Shown here piece after piece: positions 1 through 6,676 of a stretch of 48,744 nucleotides of DNA. The notes beneath the pieces are model-generated. The model made no database searches and had not been told where the DNA came from. It saw only the letters and a list, made by a program, of their open reading frames with translations. Source of the DNA: a virus. How positions within the stretch are numbered: position 1 is the stretch's first letter; every line of letters starts with the position of its first letter. The stretch lies in IMG/VR virus record IMGVR_UViG_3300045988_148990. The stretch is one strand, 5' to 3'. Position numbers and translations under genes: made by a program.

Positions 1-55
1 TTCGAGTATTTTTTGGTCTTGTAGCATGTCAGCCATCCTTGCGAGTTCCTCCATG
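1..55. repeat. terminal direct overlap, copy 1 (identical to 48690..48744)
   Basis: Exact 55/55 identity read directly; it lies inside the terS reading frame. Confidence 0.95.
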
Positions 56-603
56 GAGGCGTTGCCGAAATTGTACTGCACGACAGTTTGCGAAGGGATG
101 TCGTTGCCCCTGTTCAGACCAAGAAGGTCAAGGCGTTGCTTTTGCAGGCGCAGGAGAGTGTCGAGATAGCGGGGGTCTCCTGCCCGGCCACCCCTATTCT
201 TGTAGAGTTCGTCCACCTCGGCGGGGGTGAGACCTCGCTTAATCATGGCCGCATACTCGGTCGGGGAAGGCAACTTCGACTTCTCGTAGTCCGCAAGCAC
301 CCTCTGTTCTATCTCCTCCAAGCGGGCGCACTCTGCGGCTATGTAAGCCTCCACGTTCTCCATGTTCTGCCGTTTCCACTCCACCATCACATCCTGTATG
401 TCACGATAGACCTGCTGGAAGGCGATATGGTAGCCGTTCTTCTCGGAGAGTTGCTGGGCTATGTCCCTGTAAGTAGCACCCTTGGCGAGTTGGGAAACCG
501 CCCACCAAGTATCCTTCTCCCTATCCAATGCCGTGCGGTGGCCCGCACCTGTGGCGAGTTCCCGCTTTGTGGCCCTTTCGGGTATCATTTCGTTGTTATT
601 CAT
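1..603 (-). CDS. terS: terminase small subunit, first 201 codons (the gene is split by linearisation)
   Basis: Absent from the ORF track because it runs off the window edge. Translation from ATG 603..601 gives MNNNEMIPERATKRELATGAGHRTALDREKDTWWAVSQLAKGATYRDIAQQLSEKNGYHIAFQQVYRDI...GDPRYLDTLLRLQKQRLDLLGL...MLQDQKILE. It has an HTH-like N-terminus and a coiled-coil middle. It sits at the head of the terL operon. Confidence 0.65.
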   Translation of the reverse strand, partial: MNNNEMIPERATKRELATGAGHRTALDREKDTWWAVSQLAKGATYRDIAQQLSEKNGYHIAFQQVYRDIQDVMVEWKRQNMENVEAYIAAECARLEEIEQRVLADYEKSKLPSPTEYAAMIKRGLTPAEVDELYKNRGGRAGDPRYLDTLLRLQKQRLDLLGLNRGNDIPSQTVVQYNFGNASMEELARMADMLQDQKILE

Positions 604-607
604 ACCG

Positions 608-615
608 CAAAGATA
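608..615 (-). promoter_or_regulatory. Bacteroidota-type -7 box TATCTTTG for terS
   Basis: The plus strand reads CAAAGATA. Only 4 nt separate the box from ATG 603, so the mRNA would be near-leaderless. Confidence 0.55.
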
Positions 616-667
616 GACAAAACGGAAGAAATCTCAAAATTTTCTTGCAAATTTGGAGAAAAATACT

Positions 668-675
668 TACCTTTG
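668..675 (+). promoter_or_regulatory. Bacteroidota-type -7 box TACCTTTG
   Basis: Exact TAnnTTTG match, 10 nt upstream of ATG 686 and divergent from the terS box. Confidence 0.6.
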
Positions 676-685
676 CCCTTGGATA

Positions 686-1195
686 ATGAAAAAAGCCATG
701 ACAGACACACAGAAAGCCCTCGCTGCGCCCTGCGCAATCTTGCTTATCCTGCTTTTCTTCGCGGGTATAGGTGCATTCTTAGGTTACTTCTCGGGCTACG
801 ATGACGGCTACGACAAAGCGGCCGCAGAATCCATGGAGAAGTACACCCTCACAGACTACCAAATCCTCCAACTCGCCCTCATTTACACTGAATCCGAGGG
901 GAATCCGCTTGCGGTGGGGAAGAACAACGACCTCGGTTGCCTGCAAATCACCCCCGTGTATGTGGACGAGGTGAGGAGAATCACTAAAGACACCACCTAC
1001 TGCCACACCGATGCCTTCAATCCCGAGAAGGCTCTCGAAATGTTCTCGGTGGTGCAGGACTACCACAATCCCTCGCACGACATTGATGCCGCTATCCGAC
1101 TGCATAATCGTGCCCCTTGGTACGGGCAGAAGGTGCTGAGGAGAATCCAAACCATAAAGCAATATGAAGAATACCGCAAAATTGTCAAAAAGTGA
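686..1195 (+). CDS. lytic transglycosylase (SLT-like) with N-terminal membrane / SAR-like anchor
   Basis: Track ORF 653..1195 trimmed to ATG 686. TM segment APCAILLILLFFAGIGAFLGYF. SLT motifs YTESEGNP and LGCLQITPVY. Confidence 0.75.
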   Translation: MKKAMTDTQKALAAPCAILLILLFFAGIGAFLGYFSGYDDGYDKAAAESMEKYTLTDYQILQLALIYTESEGNPLAVGKNNDLGCLQITPVYVDEVRRITKDTTYCHTDAFNPEKALEMFSVVQDYHNPSHDIDAAIRLHNRAPWYGQKVLRRIQTIKQYEEYRKIVKK

Positions 1196-1283
1196 CAATA
1201 TCACCATGTCAAGGTGAGACCTCGAAAAGATTATCTCTGAATCGCAAAGTCTTTATTCGGATATAGATTGTTGCGTCACAGAA

Positions 1284-1574
1284 TTGCTGAAAGCAAGGAC
1301 TGAACACAATTCCGAAAATGAGGGTAAGGCATTGTTCAAGATGGAGGGATTGATGGTTTCAGCACTTCAATATTTGTCGTGGATAAAGAGCGGCCTCCCC
1401 TCCTATCCAACCTTGAAGGGGCGGCCAACAAATAAAGTAGGTGGCGTAGTGCATCACGCCCTCGGCTCTCATTGGATAGACACCAACGGAAAGCAATTGG
1501 CCACTATCTTGAAGGAGTTCCCCGAGGGGGCGGAAGTGGAACTATTCATCTGTCCGAAAAGGGAGGAGGAATGA
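1284..1574 (+). CDS. hypothetical protein (TTG start in track; first ATG at 1341)
   Basis: Track ORF only, with no recognisable motif. See the frameshift finding for the overlapping downstream frame. Confidence 0.3.
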   Translation: MLKARTEHNSENEGKALFKMEGLMVSALQYLSWIKSGLPSYPTLKGRPTNKVGGVVHHALGSHWIDTNGKQLATILKEFPEGAEVELFICPKREEE

Positions 1575-1755
1575 CAATGTGTACCGCAAAGCCACAACCT
1601 CAATGGTGCAGGACTTCTACAAGAAATGCGGCTACATCCCAATCAAGGAGGAGGGCGGCTTTATGAGAATGTATAAACTACTTTAAGAGAGATTTAAACA
1701 AGCAAAAAGACTGATACGGCTGCGGCCTGTCACGCAGCCAAGGATAGGATATAAG

Positions 1756-1999
1756 CCCGGCAGGGGGCAAAGCACACTGTCATCCGCTGTGAAGCGCAAA
1801 GGTGCTGCGTTATTAGTATGTCATCGGGATGCGGACGGGTGATGCCTCCGCATCCCACCAAGCTCCGGAAACGGAGAGGGCCGTAGGAAGCCAAGCAAGA
1901 GCGCGCCGTGAGGCGCGGATGCCCGGAACGCCGGATTTACGGCAGTAGTTTTCATAAGATAGGATTAAGCGGACAGGAGGGTGGAAGCCCCTCGCCGGG
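1756..1999 (+). ncRNA. candidate structured RNA / long 5' leader of the 2025 operon
   Basis: An 11-bp long-range helix (1756..1766 with 1988..1999, one bulged C) encloses three hairpins. These are a 10-bp hairpin 1826..1835/1847..1856, CTCCG-GAAA-CGGAG at 1863..1876 and CGCGCC-GTGA-GGCGCG at 1902..1917. The loops are GNRA only on the plus strand. I see no credible ORF. Confidence 0.45.
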
Positions 2000-2024
2000 T
2001 ACGAACATTTTAAGAAATGAAAAT

Positions 2025-2555
2025 ATGGAAAAGGAAAACAAGACATTGAACCTCTGCGAGAAGCTCGCGGGGTGTCCGAAAGGGACGAAGCTCTGGTCTC
2101 CGCTGTTCGGAGAGTGCGAGTTCGTGGAACTCGGTGACAACATGGAAAACAGCTATCCTGATGACTACATCGTTGTCGACAGTGACGAGATGGGGAGGAC
2201 CACGTTTGATAAGCACGGCCATTATTTCAGCTCCTCAGAGGAGTGCCTGCTGTTCCCGTCCAGGGAGAACCGCGACTGGGACAGCTGGGAGTGCCCGAAG
2301 CCGAAAGTGGAACGCTTCGACCCGAAGACGCTCCAGCCGTTTGACAAGGTGCTGATAAGGGATAGGGGAAAATCCCTGTGGCAGCCAGCGTTGTTCGCAC
2401 AGTTCGAGATAGAGGATATATTTCCCGTAAAAATTATTCCGGATGATGTATGCTGTGCCTATGAGTATGTAGTTCCTTACAACGAAGACACAAAGCATCT
2501 CATCGGTACAAAAAACGAGGCTTCGGAATTTTACAGGTGGTGGGAGGAAAAGTAA
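2025..2555 (+). CDS. hypothetical protein (176 aa)
   Basis: Track ORF 1908..2555 trimmed to ATG 2025 (MEKENKTLNL...). Its stop abuts the next start. Confidence 0.6.
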   Translation: MEKENKTLNLCEKLAGCPKGTKLWSPLFGECEFVELGDNMENSYPDDYIVVDSDEMGRTTFDKHGHYFSSSEECLLFPSRENRDWDSWECPKPKVERFDPKTLQPFDKVLIRDRGKSLWQPALFAQFEIEDIFPVKIIPDDVCCAYEYVVPYNEDTKHLIGTKNEASEFYRWWEEK

Positions 2556-3107
2556 ATGAAAACAAAAGAACAAATACTGAAATGGCTGGATGAACGGCCG
2601 TGGAAAAATGAATTTTACGAGGAGTCATTTACTAATCGTCTGGACTCGGTAATTCACTATAATGAAGATTTAATTATCAGCGCATTTTGCTGGAGCTTCA
2701 CAAAATCAGGCGTAGACGTATGGACAATGCGCAATGCGTATTTTCGTGAATGGTATGATTCTAACGACAAACCGATGTCGTGGGAGGAATACTGCGAGCA
2801 AAATCCAATTAAGGAAGATGAATACTATATAGGTAATAGTAGTAATAGTGGCCGCTGCACCACTATGCCCAAAGACCTCTGTGAAGCGTTCCTCGCTTAC
2901 ATGAAACTCATTCAGTTGCGAAATGCGTGGGTTAAAGACTGCGACAAAACAGCTTGCTGTTTCAAGATAAAATCCCAAAAGGACAGAATAACGGATGGAG
3001 CGTGCCCTTATTTTGAGAATGGACTTTCGTTTCCAACAAGAGTCATGGCGGGTGAATTTAAGGACACATTCAAAGACCTTTTGGAGGTCGCCAAACCGTT
3101 GTTGTAG
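2556..3107 (+). CDS. hypothetical protein (183 aa)
   Basis: Track ORF, tightly packed with its neighbours. Confidence 0.6.
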   Translation: MKTKEQILKWLDERPWKNEFYEESFTNRLDSVIHYNEDLIISAFCWSFTKSGVDVWTMRNAYFREWYDSNDKPMSWEEYCEQNPIKEDEYYIGNSSNSGRCTTMPKDLCEAFLAYMKLIQLRNAWVKDCDKTACCFKIKSQKDRITDGACPYFENGLSFPTRVMAGEFKDTFKDLLEVAKPLL

Positions 3108-3111
3108 AATT

Positions 3112-3516
3112 ATGAAGACACTAACTCTATCACTCAAAAAGAAGTGGTTCGATATGATAGCCTCAGGCGAAAAGACGGAGGAGTATCGAGAAATCACACC
3201 TTATTGGCAAAAACGGCTGCTCCGTCGCGGAAACGCCTGCGAAGGGGGCTGCGTCATTATGGGGGAGATAATTTGCCCGATTTGCCGCTATTTGGAATAT
3301 GCGGACTTCGATACCGTAGTTTTCACTCTCGGATATCCACGAAAAGACGACTTGTCGAGGCGTATGGAGTTCACGGTTTCCGATATTTCCATAGACTGCG
3401 GCAGACCCGAATGGGGCGCAGAACCCGATAAGGCATATTTCGTCATTAAACTTGGCGAAAGGATAAGACACAAGGGAGATAAGTTCGGGGTTTCGCTTTC
3501 GGACTTGGAGAAATAG
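3112..3516 (+). CDS. ASCH-domain protein
   Basis: Track ORF 2995..3516 trimmed to ATG 3112. The N-terminus MKTLTLSLKKKWFDMIASGEKTEEYRE matches the ASCH beta1-alpha1 signature. Confidence 0.55.
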   Translation: MKTLTLSLKKKWFDMIASGEKTEEYREITPYWQKRLLRRGNACEGGCVIMGEIICPICRYLEYADFDTVVFTLGYPRKDDLSRRMEFTVSDISIDCGRPEWGAEPDKAYFVIKLGERIRHKGDKFGVSLSDLEK

Positions 3517-3556
3517 AATAAACCCGCTGCCGGGATTATTTGCCATACTTGCACGA

Positions 3557-3595
3557 GAGAGCCTTGCGTTGGGAAATGCAGGGCTCTCAATTTTT
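3557..3595 (+). terminator. intrinsic terminator after the ASCH gene
   Basis: 7-bp stem GAGAGCC/GGCTCTC (3557..3563 with 3882-style partner at 3582..3588), followed by AATTTTT. Confidence 0.55.
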
Positions 3596-3651
3596 CCCCG
3601 AAAAAAATTTCCCGAAAATTTTATGGCACAGGCCCTCATAAGAGCAAATCT

Positions 3652-3675
3652 AATCGTGGCGAAATCGCCATGATT
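3652..3675. repeat. 24-bp near-perfect palindrome AATCGTGGCGAAATCGCCATGATT
   Basis: 11-bp arms with one G-T position around a central AA. It carries the AAATCGCC motif that recurs at 3710, 3757 and 3768. Confidence 0.7.
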
Positions 3676-4230
3676 GAAACTTCCCCATGAAGCCCTCAGA
3701 AACCCCCATAAATCGCCCCTCGCCCTCCAAGGGGTACAATCCCTCCTCCAACCCCCAAATCGCCCTCAAATCGCCCCATTTCAAGCGTCCGACCATTTCG
3801 GACATCTGCACCACGACAGAGCCTCCCTCTCCACTTTCTACCCCAAATACCCCGTTTTTCAACATTTTCTTGACCGCCTTTCGGCTTCACCTCGTGATTT
3901 TCGAGACCAATCTCGCGTTTTTTCAAGATTGAGTTGCATCGGAAACGATTTGTCGGAAAATATGGCGCGAATTTTGGGCGGGGTCAAAGGTATTTCTGCC
4001 ATTCCTATAGGGGGGGGGTGGGGTGTCCGTTGCTCCCCGTTGCTCTCCGTGTTGCCGCCCCTCTCCGCCTTGGTAAATTTCCAAAATCGCAATTTGAGGC
4101 CATTTTTAGGGGCTTTTTGGGGTGGGGTAGTGTTGGGTATCGACAGAGGGCGGAAAGCGCGGGAAAAGGGGGTTTACGGGGCTTGTGGGCGTTGTTATAA
4201 CTATTACCTGCGTGCAAAGTCAACCTAAAA

Positions 4231-4260
4231 GGGGCAAAAGGGGCAAAAGGGGCAAAAGGC
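4231..4260. repeat. tandem 9-bp repeat GGGGCAAAA x3 plus a partial copy
   Basis: Exact copies at 4231, 4240 and 4249. Confidence 0.9.
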
Positions 4261-4350
4261 GAAAAAATTCCCGCAAAAATCTCCACATAAAAAAAAGAAA
4301 GCGGCCATTTGTCTTGTCGCTTTCTTCGTTGTGTGTGTGGGTGTTCTCCT

Positions 4351-4527
4351 TCACTTGACAATTTTAACGCAACGAGGGCGGCCGCTGCGGGTGTTGTCAG
4401 TCATAATGTGGACAGTTAGAGCGATGCCGATAGTCCTGAAATTGTGAACTTTAAGGCGCATTTCATCTGTCGCATCGCGCAAGTTCATGAAATCCCGCAA
4501 ATTTGCGAAGTGTGTTGCCTTTTTCAT
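4351..4527 (-). CDS. hypothetical small protein (58 aa, below the track cutoff)
   Basis: Hand translation gives MKKATHFANLRDFMNLRDATDEMRLKVHNFRTIGIALTVHIMTDNTRSGRPRCVKIVK. It starts 12 nt after the upstream stop. Confidence 0.4.
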   Translation of the reverse strand: MKKATHFANLRDFMNLRDATDEMRLKVHNFRTIGIALTVHIMTDNTRSGRPRCVKIVK

Positions 4528-4539
4528 TTTGAAAAAATA

Positions 4540-4719
4540 TTAAAAATAAAACTCAGCTAAAGGTGTGGGCTTTCGGCCGAACACCCGTATAACCTTGGCG
4601 GCGTTGTCGGTTGCCATCCGCCGGGCCGCCGGGGCGGCGATGTAGTACAAATTTGCGCAATCCGTAGCATCTAGGCGGGTGGCACACCTGTAAATTGTTG
4701 GGGCGTGTTTTTTTGCCAT
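4540..4719 (-). CDS. hypothetical protein (59 aa)
   Basis: Track ORF 4540..4794 trimmed to ATG 4719 (MAKKHAPTIY...), which follows the stop of 4731..5000. Confidence 0.4.
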   Translation of the reverse strand: MAKKHAPTIYRCATRLDATDCANLYYIAAPAARRMATDNAAKVIRVFGRKPTPLAEFYF

Positions 4720-4730
4720 ACTGTTCAGTG

Positions 4731-5000
4731 TTAAAGAGTTACAAGGAATGAATTTGTCGGGGTCTCTACCCGCAGCCCGGCGGCGGTCCGCCACGCGACG
4801 GAGAAGTTAAAAGTATTGAAAGAGATAACCCGATAGCCTCGCCCACCCTCTCGGGTCATCATGTCGACACACCACCTATCCGCCCTAACTTTGGCCTCGC
4901 TGGGCACCTTGTAGGCCTCACTAACAGAGTGATAATTAGATACTTTGTACATCTGTACAAATCGACTTCCAGCCTTTGTAGTTGAATTAATTACTTTCAT
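4731..5000 (-). CDS. hypothetical protein (89 aa)
   Basis: Track ORF; first gene downstream of the minus-strand -7 box at 5066. Confidence 0.5.
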   Translation of the reverse strand: MKVINSTTKAGSRFVQMYKVSNYHSVSEAYKVPSEAKVRADRWCVDMMTREGGRGYRVISFNTFNFSVAWRTAAGLRVETPTNSFLVTL

Positions 5001-5065
5001 GGTGTTTTTTAATTATTTTAATTATTTGTTGTTTTATCTCAAGGTCTTCTCTGACCTTGCAAGGG

Positions 5066-5073
5066 CAAAGGTA
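5066..5073 (-). promoter_or_regulatory. -7 box TACCTTTG
   Basis: The plus strand reads CAAAGGTA, in an AT-rich region upstream of ATG 5000. Confidence 0.5.
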
Positions 5074-5245
5074 CAACGAATATTTGAGGCGTGCAAATTT
5101 TTTTTGAACTTTTTTGCATTTTTTTGGACACCTATATATAGGGCTAAAATTTAACTTGATTTTTTGCAACTCTTTACATGTCGCGATATTATTTAAAAGT
5201 TTTATTTACAAGCATTTTCCTGTTGTATACGCCACTTCCTGTTCT

Positions 5246-5253
5246 TACCTTTG
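5246..5253 (+). promoter_or_regulatory. -7 box TACCTTTG firing into the repeat array
   Basis: Exact match, 4 nt before ATG 5258 of a 27-codon ORF. Same geometry as the terS promoter. Confidence 0.5.
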
Positions 5254-5315
5254 CACCATGTGCCCCCCCGGATGCCCGGGGATACAAGCCCCCCGGGAAC
5301 ACAGCCACGGCCCGC

Positions 5316-5458
5316 GTGAATTTTTGGCCGTGGATTTTTGATTTCCCCCTACATGAATTTTCACCCGTGAATTTTTAGAACTCATGGGTGAATTTTCAGA
5401 TTTCTCCTGTGGATTTTTATCGCTGAACCATTGTGGGCCGCTCTGTCATTGAATTTCG
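5316..5458 (+). repeat. iteron-like array of 6-7 copies of RTGRATTTTY
   Basis: Copies start at 5316, 5330, 5353, 5367, 5388 and 5409, with a degenerate one at 5449. Spacings are 14, 23, 14, 21, 21 and 40 nt. Confidence 0.8.
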
Positions 5459-5474
5459 TTTGTCCCTCTGTGGC

Positions 5475-5696
5475 TTAATCCTTTGTCGCTTTAAGATACT
5501 CTTTGAAGTCGGCTATATTGTCCTCGTCAGAATGCCCGTTCTGCCAATGTTCGCAACAGAACTCATCTTTAACAAGGTCATCTTCCTTAGGGAAATTCTC
5601 GTCTAATACATCGTGGGCGTGGTCAAGCCAATCTTCTTCCACTTCTGCTGAGTCATTGCGGCCCGTACATTTATAAACTGTTGCTTTGTTTTTCAT
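5475..5696 (-). CDS. highly acidic small protein (73 aa)
   Basis: Track ORF. About 21 D/E against 9 K/R, including EVEEDWLDHAHDVLDENFPKEDDLVKDE. Confidence 0.6.
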   Translation of the reverse strand: MKNKATVYKCTGRNDSAEVEEDWLDHAHDVLDENFPKEDDLVKDEFCCEHWQNGHSDEDNIADFKEYLKATKD

Positions 5697-5709
5697 GGCG
5701 TTTTATCTC

Positions 5710-6162
5710 CTATTCTTCACAAAATAATTTCCAATAATTGTCTGCTGCAACTTTTGCACTTTTCGCCAACATGAAATAATTAAAATATGTGCGGTCTTTC
5801 CTTGCGTTTTGTGCTTTACTTTCATATTCTCGATAAGTGCCTTGCAAGTATTCCCAATTGACTTCGTGTTCCTTTCTTGTGGTTGCAAAAGCGTTTGGCA
5901 CTTCGTACCAATCCACGCCAATAGTATTTGCGGCCCTTTTTATATGACTTTTCTGTCTTTCCGTGGTTGCGGTCTGTCCGAAAAAACGGCCACACCGATT
6001 GCAGGCCCTGTAACAAAGAGCAATTAAAATAACGCCCTTTTGTTTGTCTGCTATTGTGGTGGTGTAACTTGTTGCGATTGTTCCGTCTGTCTCGAAGTTA
6101 TTGCCCTTTGCAGCCTTACCAAACACGAAAAATTCTGCTGTTTGTTTGTTGTTGTGTTTCAT
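5710..6162 (-). CDS. hypothetical protein (150 aa)
   Basis: Track ORF in an operon with its neighbours. Confidence 0.6.
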   Translation of the reverse strand: MKHNNKQTAEFFVFGKAAKGNNFETDGTIATSYTTTIADKQKGVILIALCYRACNRCGRFFGQTATTERQKSHIKRAANTIGVDWYEVPNAFATTRKEHEVNWEYLQGTYREYESKAQNARKDRTYFNYFMLAKSAKVAADNYWKLFCEE

Positions 6163-6174
6163 GGTATCTCTCTG

Positions 6175-6519
6175 TTAAGCCTCTACAAAATACAAAGTAT
6201 TGTTTATTTCGACCGTTACGGCCTCTTGTTTCATATACCTGCAAATGAACTTTGCAAGCGCAAAGACGCGATGTTCATTTTTCTCCCTGTCAGCCTCTGT
6301 GCTGGCGGAAAAAATGATATTTTGTTCCTCTACGATTAGGCCCTTATCGGAACTGTTCCAATACCCGCTTGCTTTATATGCGGTTGCCCCGCCAAAAATG
6401 CGACTAAACACGCGTGCTACGTGTTTGGTCACCTTTTTTTGCACCCTCTTTGCTGGCTTGTTGCCGTCAATGGTACTTGGTACGTAAATACTTACCCGGT
6501 TGTTAAGTGTGTTGTTCAT
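6175..6519 (-). CDS. hypothetical protein (114 aa)
   Basis: Track ORF 6175..6555 trimmed to ATG 6519 (MNNTLNN...). The TTG at 6555 lies inside the -7 box itself. Confidence 0.55.
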   Translation of the reverse strand: MNNTLNNRVSIYVPSTIDGNKPAKRVQKKVTKHVARVFSRIFGGATAYKASGYWNSSDKGLIVEEQNIIFSASTEADREKNEHRVFALAKFICRYMKQEAVTVEINNTLYFVEA

Positions 6520-6552
6520 TGTTTTTGTGTTTTTGTTTTTTGTTTCTGTTGG

Positions 6553-6560
6553 CAAAGGTA
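6553..6560 (-). promoter_or_regulatory. -7 box TACCTTTG
   Basis: The plus strand reads CAAAGGTA, about 33 nt upstream of ATG 6519. Confidence 0.6.
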
Positions 6561-6676
6561 AGTATAATTTTTCACACTTGCAAGAAAAATTTGAATTATT
6601 TTTCCTTATCCGTAGGATAAAACGAATTTAAGCAAGGATTTTTTGAAAATTGTTTGGAAATCTCGATTTTTCGGCT

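Larger units (their letters stand above)
3600..4350. other. 750-bp non-coding convergent intergenic zone with a C-rich then G-rich skew switch
   Basis: All track ORFs here overlap in several frames and are low-complexity. The plus strand is C-rich at 3680..3870 and G-rich at 3975..4260. The zone contains a palindrome, short repeats and G-runs. Confidence 0.6.

Noticed and set aside
88-804. 238-aa plus-strand ORF in the track.
   Set aside because: It is the antisense shadow of the terS reading frame (603..1) and runs through the divergent promoter region. The product is low in sequence plausibility, and the terS frame gives a coherent HTH plus coiled-coil protein.
1826-1860. tRNA-like minihelix: a 10-bp stem followed by ACCA.
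   Set aside because: There are no D or anticodon arms, the loop is 11 nt and lacks the T-loop consensus, and no tmRNA tag ORF is present. I treat it as one hairpin of the larger structured-RNA candidate, not as a tRNA or tmRNA.
4231-4260. Possible CRISPR array or other spaced repeat arrays (also checked at 5316..5458 and 6849..7387).
   Set aside because: The repeats are 9-12 nt, and are either directly tandem or irregularly spaced by 4-30 nt. No 25-40-nt repeat/spacer periodicity and no cas genes are present.
3650-4361. About ten overlapping track ORFs in all frames (for example 3674..4228 and 4005..4361 with the peptide PFAPFAPFAPF).
   Set aside because: They stay open only because the region is stop-codon-poor (strong C or G bias). 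They overlap each other, are Pro/Gly/Arg low-complexity, and the PFA repeat is just the 9-bp tandem GGGGCAAAA read in frame.
6520-6555. Upstream TTG start (6555) given by the track for the 126-aa ORF.
   Set aside because: That codon lies within the TACCTTTG -7 box (6553..6560) and so would be upstream of the transcription start. ATG 6519 is the first start downstream of the predicted TSS.
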